From positions 23,720-87,719 of the forward strand of contig JBDKRC010000196.1 in NCBI GenBank assembly GCA_039683575.1: a DNA stretch of 64,000 bases, read 5' to 3'. Made by a program: the position numbers and the translations under genes. This document shows, piece after piece, positions 56,497-64,000 of this stretch. Under the pieces are notes generated by a model. The model did not search any database and was not told the DNA's origin. It saw only the letters and a list, made by a program, of their open reading frames with translations. The stretch comes from Armatimonadia bacterium (GTDB lineage Bacteria > Armatimonadota > Zipacnadia > Zipacnadales > UBA11051). How positions within the stretch are numbered: position 1 is the stretch's first letter; each line of letters starts with the position of its first letter.

Positions 56497-57330
56497 ATGG
56501 CCAAGACCTGCCCACACTGCGGTGAAGAGAGCGACCGCGACGACCTCTGTACCTGGTGCAACAAGTCAATCGCCCCGGCAAAGCCTGCCGCCCAACCGGC
56601 CGCTCAGCCTGGCGGCCAGCCATCGGCCTCTGCTGCCCCGGCCAAGCCCACGCCCGCCCATCGCCACACTGCTCAACCCGCATCGTCCTCAGTGCCCGTC
56701 TGGGCCTACTTCGCCGGCCTTGCCGTACTCGTCGTGCTCTTCGCTGGCATCTCCATGTTCATGCAGGCCAGCAAAGCCGCCGGTCCCCCACCCAAACCTG
56801 CTGACTGGAAGAGCGCCAAGAGCATGACCAAGCTCTTCTCGCTCGAGGTCCCCTCCAACTGGAAGTTCACCACTGCCGGCTCCTCGGCATCCTACGAGCA
56901 GATCGACGTGCGCGGCGGCAAGCTCTACCGCGTCAACGTGGACGGCACTGGCAGCAAGGGCGCCATGGGGGACATCGCCGGTGCCGCCGCCCGTGTCAGC
57001 GGCGCCGACTCCGGCTCTGATATCTCAAAACGCTCCGAGGGCCGCCTGCACAGCACTCTCGGTGCAGCCGCGCAAAAGAAGGACCCGACTTACCACGAAG
57101 ACGGCAACATGCAGGCCTGCCACGTCGCTGGCATGCCAGCCGCCTACTCGGAATACACCGCAACGAGGAAAGTTGCCGGCTTTGGCGTCAAGGTCAAGGG
57201 CTGGCGCATGAGTTGTTCGGGCGGCGATTTTGGCTACGATATCCGCGCGGAGGCCCCTGAGAAGCACTGGAAGGAATTCGAGCCCATCGCCAAGCGCATC
57301 TTAGGCAGCCTCACGATGAACCAGCAATAA
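56497..57330 (+). CDS. Zinc-ribbon membrane protein with exported PsbP-like domain
   Basis: CPHC..CTWC, Pro/Ala linker, TM helix, FSLEVPSNW ... WKEFEPIAKRILGSL. Confidence 0.6.
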   Translation: MAKTCPHCGEESDRDDLCTWCNKSIAPAKPAAQPAAQPGGQPSASAAPAKPTPAHRHTAQPASSSVPVWAYFAGLAVLVVLFAGISMFMQASKAAGPPPKPADWKSAKSMTKLFSLEVPSNWKFTTAGSSASYEQIDVRGGKLYRVNVDGTGSKGAMGDIAGAAARVSGADSGSDISKRSEGRLHSTLGAAAQKKDPTYHEDGNMQACHVAGMPAAYSEYTATRKVAGFGVKVKGWRMSCSGGDFGYDIRAEAPEKHWKEFEPIAKRILGSLTMNQQ

Positions 57331-57433
57331 AAGTGGAACATCCTGGCGACACGAAAGGTGTTATAATGCGGGCTTTCACTTGACCTACCGTTCGGCGGGG
57401 CCTCCCCCGCCTTGGCTTACAGGAGCTGATCGC

Positions 57434-58216
57434 GTGAAACTGGGTTGCACAACCCTTCTCTATGGCGGCTATGATCTCGATACCGCCATCGAAGGTCTCA
57501 AGACTGCTGGCTTTGAGGCCGTTGAACTCGCGGCCATCCCCGGCATGGGCGAACACTTCAAGGGTGGCCAGCCCGCCTCCGACTATGCTGAAATTCGGGC
57601 CAGGCTCGACGAGGCCGGTCTCTATCTCGAGTCTGTCGGCTGCAGCGGCGCCCTCGGCACCGATCGCTTCGTGCCCCTGATGCAAGCCGCCGCCGCTCTC
57701 GGCGCCCCCTACATGACCCTCGGCACCGGGGGTCTCTCCGATGACGAGCAGGCCTGGAAGCAGATGATGGACCTCACGCGCAGCGCCCTGCCGGTCTGCG
57801 AGAGCACCGGCGTCAAGCTCTCCGTCAAGCCCCACGTCCGCGCCGCCGTCTACAGCATCGCCACCGCCACCCGCTTCATGAATGAGCTACAGAGCGAGTG
57901 GGTTGGTCTGAACATCGACAACACCCATCTCCAGCGCGTCGGAGACGACCCCATTGCCGCCATTTCCGCGCTCAAGCAGTGGATCTTCACCGCCCGCATT
58001 CGCGACTATGATTCCGACGACTACGGCATCGGCCCGATCGAGAACCAGATTCCCGGCAAGGGCCGCGCCGACGTCCGCGGCTACCTGCAGGCTCTGTCCA
58101 CCGTCCCTGGCCTGGAATACGTAGTAGTGGAAATGGTCGGCGCCAAAGAGCTCGAGCTCAAAGAGATCCAGCGTATCATAGGCGAAACAATCATCGCCCT
58201 GAAGAGCTACCAATAA
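57434..58216 (+). CDS. Sugar phosphate isomerase/epimerase (AP_endonuc_2), divergent metal motifs
   Basis: AGFEAVEL, LSVKPH, LNIDNTHL, ARIRD, PGKGRAD, VVEM; GTG after AGGAG. Confidence 0.78.
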   Translation: MKLGCTTLLYGGYDLDTAIEGLKTAGFEAVELAAIPGMGEHFKGGQPASDYAEIRARLDEAGLYLESVGCSGALGTDRFVPLMQAAAALGAPYMTLGTGGLSDDEQAWKQMMDLTRSALPVCESTGVKLSVKPHVRAAVYSIATATRFMNELQSEWVGLNIDNTHLQRVGDDPIAAISALKQWIFTARIRDYDSDDYGIGPIENQIPGKGRADVRGYLQALSTVPGLEYVVVEMVGAKELELKEIQRIIGETIIALKSYQ

Positions 58217-58242
58217 GGGGAGCAGGGCATCAGCCCGGCAGC

Positions 58243-58318
58243 GGAAATGGGGACTGACCCCGATTTCGCTCACCAGATCTGATCACCCCACCAGAGCTCC
58301 ATGCGAAATCGGGGTCTG
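58243..58318. repeat. Second MITE-like inverted-repeat element
   Basis: GGGGACTGACCCCGATTTCGC ... GCGAAATCGGGGTCTG, related to 36866-36948. Confidence 0.7.
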
Positions 58319-58565
58319 CTCTGGAAAATGGGGGCTGCGGTGGTGACGGGCCGTTTGGAGCGCGAAGCGACGTCCGCGTTGCAGGGCATCCTTGCCCGCT
58401 CGGATGTCCGCCACTCTTCATCGTTCAGGGTGACGCAAAAGCGTCATGCACGACTGTCCCGATTTCCACCCTGGCCCAGCCCGACAACCTGCCGTGTAGA
58501 CTGTGGGAGGGGGCACTGACCCCGACTTCCGCCGCCCGCGCGTCACACACGACCCTGAGGACCCG

Positions 58566-59156
58566 ATGCGACCATTTGGAACTGCCGAAACCAACAGCCT
58601 CCGCAACGTGATGGCTTTCACTGTACTGTCTCACGTTCTGGACCTCATCACCACCCAATGGCGTGATCCCGGCCTGAACCACGAGGCCAACCCCTTCTAC
58701 CAGTTCGTAGAGCATTTCGGCTACACCGGCTGGCCCTGGCTGGTCAGCACCAAGGTCGTCGTAGTCGGCGCCCTCGGTCTCGCCTACTGGTGGTATCTCG
58801 GCGTTCGCCACGGGTACCTGCCGCCCAAGATCGTGCGCTCCCCGCGCTCGCTCATCTGGAACGGCATGTGGGACGGCAAGCCCTACCCCAAATCCCTGTG
58901 GGGCCGTCTCTTCAACCGCCGCAAGCTCTCCTTCCTCGGCATGGTACTCGCCGGTTTCGCCCTTCCCGGCAGCGGCGCCGCGGCTCTCTTCATCTCCCTG
59001 GACAACGCCGCCGTAGCCCTCGGCCGCGCCATTCCCATCCAGCTCGCCGGCTACTTTCTCCTCGGCACCGTAGGCATAGTCGCCGTCTGGTTCTACTGGG
59101 CCTACTGGCACTACTACAAAACCCAGGTCCGAGCCGGCCTCATCCCCCCGGAATAA
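58566..59156 (+). CDS. Membrane protein (DUF5658-like D..TT / EANP motif)
   Basis: VLDLITT..PGLNHEANPF, about 4 TM helices; ATG after GAGG. Confidence 0.6.
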   Translation: MRPFGTAETNSLRNVMAFTVLSHVLDLITTQWRDPGLNHEANPFYQFVEHFGYTGWPWLVSTKVVVVGALGLAYWWYLGVRHGYLPPKIVRSPRSLIWNGMWDGKPYPKSLWGRLFNRRKLSFLGMVLAGFALPGSGAAALFISLDNAAVALGRAIPIQLAGYFLLGTVGIVAVWFYWAYWHYYKTQVRAGLIPPE

Positions 59157-59237
59157 TACCGAACGGGCCATTTCGCCAGTAGGGCGGGCGGCTCGCCCGC
59201 CTCGGGGTGCCTACTGGTTTGGCTTAGCGCCGATGGA

Positions 59238-59423
59238 TGAAACCCCTCGCACCGCCCCCATCCTCCCCTCTGACCCCAACGGGGTCACCGACCATAGCCA
59301 GGGGTGAAACCCCTCGCACCGCCCCCATCCTCCCCCATGACCACAACGGGGTCACCGACTATAGCCAGGGGTGAAACCCCTGGTACCGGCCCCGCCCACC
59401 CCTCGGACCCCAACGGGGTCACC
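59238..59423 (+). repeat. 67-bp tandem repeat (about 3 units) of hairpins
   Basis: TGAAACCCCT at 59238, 59305, 59372; each unit contains GACCCCAACGGGGTC and AGCCAGGGGTGAAACCCCT(GG). Confidence 0.88.
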
Positions 59424-59518
59424 CGCCGTTCCTTTCCTCCCCGCCCTTGCAGGTCCCGCTGCCACCTCCGCCCAAACTATCCCCCATCACCCCGCAAACC
59501 GATCGCAGGTGCCACCAA

Positions 59519-62026
59519 ATGCCCATCCGCCTCTGCCTGCTCGCGACACTTCTCACCCTCCCCGCCTTCGCCGCGCCGCTCACCCTCGAATCCCCGCAGA
59601 CCTTCCCGGACGTCTCCGTCCCCCAGGGCCAGCAGCTTGACGTCACCTTGCCCGCCCTCCCCGCGCGCCCCGGCAAGATCACCATCCTGAGCTTCCGCGC
59701 CGTCATCGCCACCGCGGGCCCCGGCGGCTGCAACTACAACCTCATCCTGCAGGTCAATGGCCTACCCACCAGCCGCTTCACCAGCGCCGGCACCGAGCGC
59801 CTGGTCGGCCGCTCCGCCGCCCTCGAGCTCACCTCCGGCGGCCAGGGCTTCCCGGTCTTCAGTGGCGAAAAGCTCATGGTGATGTTCGCCAAAGACGCCG
59901 CTCAGGGTGACGCCTCCGCTCGCGACAACCTCGGCGCCACGTTCAACCTCGATATCACCGACCTCGCCCGCGGTGTGGATGGCAACACCCTCACCTTCCA
60001 CAACATCCTCCCCGGCACAATGGCCCCTGGTTTCGGCCACCTGCCCATCACGAACCTCACCGTCGGCTATCTGGACAAGTCCAACCTCCCCAAAATCCCG
60101 ACCATGGCCCCCAAACGGGGGAAGATCGCGCAATGCACCCAGAAGGGCCCCTTCCAGATCCGCCAGGGCAAGGCGGGTGGCTTCTCTCTCTCCCTGGGGG
60201 ACCAGGAACTCCTGCTCGAAACCGCCCTCGGCATGCAGACCACCACTCCCGCCGCTCTCGCCGCGGATGACACCGCCCCGGCCACCGTCGTCAAGCTCTC
60301 CCCGCTGCCCGACAAGCGCCTCGGCCTCATCACCGACTGGCCCGGCCTCCGCCTGCAGCGCACCTTCGACGTTCAGGCCTCCCTTGTCGTCTGCCACGAC
60401 CGCTGGACCAACACCGGCGACGCTCCCCGGGGCGTCCCCTTCCGCTACCGTTTCTTCCTGCGCGACAAGTCCACGCAATTCTACGTGGGCGGCTCCACCG
60501 ACAATACCGCCCTCGTCTCATCCGCCTCGAACCCCACGCTCTTCCTCCACGCCACCGGCGACACCAACGGCTTCGGCATCACCGCCGAAAACGACTGGCT
60601 CCGCCTGCTCGCGGGCTTCCGCGGCGCCTCTGATCTCGGCGAGATCTACAGCCACTGGCTCTGCCTGCAGCCCGGCAAGAGCATCGACTTCGACTTCTCC
60701 ATCGCCCCCGTCACCGACCATGGCGGCTACTGGTCCTTCCTCAACGCCCTGCGCCGGCGCTGGGATGTCAACAAGACCACCATGCCCGCCCCCATGTTCT
60801 GGGGCTTCGCCCGCCCCGCAGTCGCCACGCCCGATACTATCAAGCAGGCCCTCGCCCACCTCGGCAACATCATCGTCTGCATCGGCCCCTGGCAGCGTCT
60901 CGAACCCGACGCCCGCGTCGTCACCGCCGGGCTCTACCCCAAGCTTCCGCCCGACGCCCCGCGCGCGCCGGGCCTCACCCCCGACCTCGACGTGGACGCC
61001 TTCCTGACCTTCAAGCATCGCGAGCCCTACTGGCAGCAGGTCAAGGAACTCACCGCCCTGATCCACCAGAATGCCCCGCAGGCCAGGGTCATCGAGATGA
61101 TCCACCCCTCGATGGAGACCATCTACAAGCCCCTGCAGGACAAGTGGCCGATCGCTCCCGACGCCATCAAGCGCCCTGACGGCACCACCTTCGAAGAGGC
61201 CCACTACAGCCGCGCCTGGCTGGGCGACATGACCCAGAAGGACTGGGGCGTGCTCTACTACTCCCCCCACGACGGCGGCCCCGAGCTCAAGGCCATCCTC
61301 GACGGCATGCGCCGCGGCATGGACGACTGCAAGCTCGACGGCATCTACTCCGACGAATTCTCCTGGGCCTTCGCCCGGGGCTACAGCCGCTATGACTACA
61401 GCCGTCAGGACGGCTACTCCGCCGACCTCGACGACAACGGCAACGTCGTCCGCCAAAAGTGCGACAACGCCATCGTCACCGAGCCTTCCCAGCTACAGAT
61501 CACCGGCGAGGTCCTCAAGCGCGGCAAGTTCTTCCTCGGCAACGGCGGCAACGTCCTCAGCAGCACCTTCCGCCTCCCCATCCACCGCTTCATCGAGGGT
61601 GGCAATGGCCCCGGCCAGATGCCCCAGGGCCACCTCTCCGCCGTCCCCCTGATCCTCGGCAACTTCGGCGACGAGAAGACCCTCAAGGGCGTCTTCAACG
61701 CCGTCAAGCAATGCCTCGCCCAGGGCTGCCTCTACTCCCCCATGGCCGTCAACCTCCTCCTCGAGGGCAGCGACAACTTCGTCTGCAAGCAATACCCGAT
61801 CACGATTGAACGTCTCGGCCCCGGCTACGTCATCGGCAAAGAGCGCCTCCTCACCACCGTCACCCGCAGCTTCGACTGGCCCACAGCAGGCGGCAAGCTC
61901 AAGCTCTACCGCTACAACAGCGAAGGCACCCGCATCGACGCCGAAGCCGAAGTGACAATCACCAGGGGCCAGCAACTTTCCCTCACCGTCCCCGAAGGTG
62001 GTCTGGTAATCGCCGAGAAACAATAG
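59519..62026 (+). CDS. Exported hypothetical protein, possible glycoside-hydrolase-like TIM barrel
   Basis: Signal peptide MPIRLCLLATLLTLPAFA; beta-rich N-terminal half; LDGIYSDEF motif in the C-terminal half. Confidence 0.55.
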   Translation: MPIRLCLLATLLTLPAFAAPLTLESPQTFPDVSVPQGQQLDVTLPALPARPGKITILSFRAVIATAGPGGCNYNLILQVNGLPTSRFTSAGTERLVGRSAALELTSGGQGFPVFSGEKLMVMFAKDAAQGDASARDNLGATFNLDITDLARGVDGNTLTFHNILPGTMAPGFGHLPITNLTVGYLDKSNLPKIPTMAPKRGKIAQCTQKGPFQIRQGKAGGFSLSLGDQELLLETALGMQTTTPAALAADDTAPATVVKLSPLPDKRLGLITDWPGLRLQRTFDVQASLVVCHDRWTNTGDAPRGVPFRYRFFLRDKSTQFYVGGSTDNTALVSSASNPTLFLHATGDTNGFGITAENDWLRLLAGFRGASDLGEIYSHWLCLQPGKSIDFDFSIAPVTDHGGYWSFLNALRRRWDVNKTTMPAPMFWGFARPAVATPDTIKQALAHLGNIIVCIGPWQRLEPDARVVTAGLYPKLPPDAPRAPGLTPDLDVDAFLTFKHREPYWQQVKELTALIHQNAPQARVIEMIHPSMETIYKPLQDKWPIAPDAIKRPDGTTFEEAHYSRAWLGDMTQKDWGVLYYSPHDGGPELKAILDGMRRGMDDCKLDGIYSDEFSWAFARGYSRYDYSRQDGYSADLDDNGNVVRQKCDNAIVTEPSQLQITGEVLKRGKFFLGNGGNVLSSTFRLPIHRFIEGGNGPGQMPQGHLSAVPLILGNFGDEKTLKGVFNAVKQCLAQGCLYSPMAVNLLLEGSDNFVCKQYPITIERLGPGYVIGKERLLTTVTRSFDWPTAGGKLKLYRYNSEGTRIDAEAEVTITRGQQLSLTVPEGGLVIAEKQ

Positions 62027-62254
62027 CCTTGTTAGCGTGGCAGGCACACTCCGTGTGCCGGAACTTGCCTCGCAACCTCCGCGTGCGGAGCATGTCGTAC
62101 GAGCGGCTTCCAGCCGCGAGCTGACGCCACAGAGAGCCCGGCTTCCAGCCGGGCGAGCCACCGCACCCAACGCCGCTGCCTTGATTCCGTCCGACTGTTT
62201 TCCGTCTTCTGTTTTCTGTTTTCGCCGTCAAAACCACCAAGAGGTCTCTCCAAA

Positions 62255-63307
62255 ATGTCAAAACTCGGTATCGGTGTACTAGGCTGGGCTCACGGCCACG
62301 TCGGCAGCTATGCCGGCCTCATCAAAGACTTTGACGACGCACAGCTCATCATGGCCTGGGACCACGACCAGGCCCGCGGCCAGCGCTCCGCCGAACAGTT
62401 CGGCGGCGGCTATTCCCCCGACCCGTCCGACGTTCTCGACAACCCCGACATTCAACTGGTCATCATCGGCGCCGAAACCAACCGCCACCCCGACCTCTGC
62501 GTCGCCGCGGCCAATGCCGGCAAGGACATCATCCTCCAAAAGCCCATGGCCCTCTCCTCCGAGGCCTGCGACGACATCATCGCCGCCGTCGAAAAGAACG
62601 GCGTCTTCTTCTCCCTCGCCTTCCAGATGCGCTACGACCCCTGCAACCTCAAGATGAAGCAGATGTGCGACGACGGCAAGCTCGGCAAGGTCGGCATCGT
62701 CCGCCGCCGCCACTGCCTCAATCTGCTCTTCAACGAAGCCTTCGCCACCGGCCCCAGTTCCTGGCACATTGACCCCGTCCAGAACATGGGCATGTTCATG
62801 GACGACGCCTCCCACGCCACCGACTGGCTCTACTGGATGCTCGGCGAGCCAGTCAGCGTCATGGCCGAAATCGACAACGTCCTCAGCACCTGCGCCCCCG
62901 ACGACACCGGCCTCGCCCTGTACCGCTTCAAGAACGGCGAGTTCGGCTACGTACTCAACAGCTCGGTGGTCTGGGCCAGCGAAAGCACCTCGGAGATCTA
63001 CGGCGACCAGGGCGTCCTCATCGAGAACTACGGCGACGGTCCCTCCACCGCCATCCTGCCGCCCAACCCGATCCACCTGAAGTACTACGACGCCAACAAC
63101 AAGGACGCGGGCTGGCAGGACCTGCAGCAGACGATCCCGCCCGGCCACGGCTGGCGCATCCAGAACGTCATCCGCAACATCCTGGACGAGTACAAGCAGG
63201 GCAAAATCCAGGTCTCAGCCCGCGACGGCAAGATCAGCACCGAAATGATCCTCGGCGCCTACCAATCCGCCACCGAAGGCTGCCGGGTAGCCCTGCCCCT
63301 AACATAG
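62255..63307 (+). CDS. Gfo/Idh/MocA family oxidoreductase
   Basis: IGVLGWAHGH, AANAGKDIILQKPMA, AFQMRY, GMFMDDASHATD. Confidence 0.9.
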   Translation: MSKLGIGVLGWAHGHVGSYAGLIKDFDDAQLIMAWDHDQARGQRSAEQFGGGYSPDPSDVLDNPDIQLVIIGAETNRHPDLCVAAANAGKDIILQKPMALSSEACDDIIAAVEKNGVFFSLAFQMRYDPCNLKMKQMCDDGKLGKVGIVRRRHCLNLLFNEAFATGPSSWHIDPVQNMGMFMDDASHATDWLYWMLGEPVSVMAEIDNVLSTCAPDDTGLALYRFKNGEFGYVLNSSVVWASESTSEIYGDQGVLIENYGDGPSTAILPPNPIHLKYYDANNKDAGWQDLQQTIPPGHGWRIQNVIRNILDEYKQGKIQVSARDGKISTEMILGAYQSATEGCRVALPLT

Positions 63308-63330
63308 CGCGCCTACCGCGCCCGCTCCGG

Positions 63331-63424
63331 CTGTAGGGCATAGCGACGTCTGCGTCGCAGGGGGCTCGGCCTCGGGCTGTAGGGCGTAGCGACGTCTGCG
63401 TCGCAGGGGGCTCGTACCCCGCCG
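63331..63424 (+). repeat. REP family A doublet
   Basis: CTGTAGGGC(A/G)TAGCGACGTCTGCGTCGCAGGGGGCTCG at 63331 and 63377. Confidence 0.88.
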
Positions 63425-63533
63425 GCCGTTGTCACCGACAAACCCTAGCCCTGCCATCTCTCTCCCCTCTCCCTGAGACCGTCGCCTCCGGTCTCATGGA
63501 GAGGGGCCCGGGGTGAGGGATCACCCTTACGCC

Positions 63534-64000
63534 ATGCCCGACCTCGCCAACCTCGCCAACAAGCTCACCCACGCCCGCTTCCTCCAATACCTCGGGCCCG
63601 GCTTCATCGTGACCGTCGGCTTCGTGGATCCCGGCAACTTCGCCACCAACGCCCAGGGCGGCGCCGAGTTCGGCTACCGCCTCCTCTGGGTCATCACCCT
63701 CAGCACCCTGATGCTGATCCTCCTGCAGCACATGGCCGCCCACGTCGGCATCCAGACCGGCCGCTGCATTCCCGAGGCGATCGCCACCCACTTCCGCCCC
63801 TTCCCCCGCGCGGTCATCGGCGTTACCGCCATGCTCGCCTGTGTCGCCACCGCTCTCGCGGAAATCCTCGGCGCCGCCATCGGCCTGCAGCTTCTCTTCC
63901 ACCTCCCGCTCCTCGTCGGCGCCCTCATCGCGGGCGCCTTCGTCGTCGTCATGATCTGGAGCCAGCAGTACCACCGCCTCGAACACCTCATCATCGGCTT
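63534..64000 (+). CDS. mntH: Nramp family divalent metal transporter (partial, runs off the window)
   Basis: ATG 63534: MPDLANLANKLTHARFLQYLGPGFIVTVGFVDPGNFATNAQGGAEFGYRLLWVI.. contains the Nramp DPGN motif. Not in the ORF track. Confidence 0.9.
   Translation, partial: MPDLANLANKLTHARFLQYLGPGFIVTVGFVDPGNFATNAQGGAEFGYRLLWVITLSTLMLILLQHMAAHVGIQTGRCIPEAIATHFRPFPRAVIGVTAMLACVATALAEILGAAIGLQLLFHLPLLVGALIAGAFVVVMIWSQQYHRLEHLIIG

Noticed and set aside
59238-59423. CRISPR array (67-bp period)
   Set aside because: Whole units repeat, there are only about 3, and there are no unique spacers or cas genes.
49670-62222. Short heptamer-like runs (CTGTTTT at about 49670 and 62195; CTGAACC at about 53256-53292)
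   Set aside because: Degenerate intergenic microsatellite-like tracts with no evidence of function from the sequence alone.
63440-63530. yybP-ykoY manganese riboswitch upstream of mntH
   Set aside because: The hairpin CCCCTCTCC...GGAGAGGGG..GGGGTGAGGG looks like a generic repeat-type palindrome and I could not find riboswitch consensus motifs. An Infernal scan would settle it.
40810-64000. Integrative element or prophage at tRNA-Leu
   Set aside because: No integrase, phage genes or duplicated tRNA 3' end were seen; downstream genes look like native accessory genes.

Overview
High-GC bacterial chromosomal window, most consistent with a diderm Terrabacterium such as Armatimonadota. This is an inference from the Firmicutes-like rpsP-khpA-ylqD-rimM-trmD-rplS order, a Gram-positive-type SOS box, a four-domain S1, an LptD-like outer-membrane barrel and a DUF1559/H-X9-DG prepilin-like gene. 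1-13.2 kb is housekeeping (translation cluster, lepB, PIN/TRAM, ispDF, aconitase, uvrBC). 13.3-31.2 kb is a co-oriented 7-gene, about 18-kb minus-strand locus of exported proteins and is the best candidate for an undescribed system. It holds three large proteins with different N-terminal domains and a shared ~430-460 aa C-terminal module ending in a FlgD-type Ig domain, two CsgG/FlgT-like + FN3 proteins, a clostripain-family peptidase and an Ig-LptD-like beta-barrel; together these suggest a secretion or surface-display apparatus analogous to T9SS. 31.6-38.2 kb carries coaE, rpsA, polA and sppA, and polA contains an in-frame insertion of GTAG-type REP elements. 38.4-64 kb is accessory: tRNA-Leu, carbohydrate-active proteins, an encapsulin with its ferritin-like cargo, twin receiver proteins, four TIM-barrel epimerases, a partial mntH and many REP/MITE-like repeats. 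No CRISPR array, integrase or transposase was seen. All family calls come from motif recognition by eye; no searches were run.
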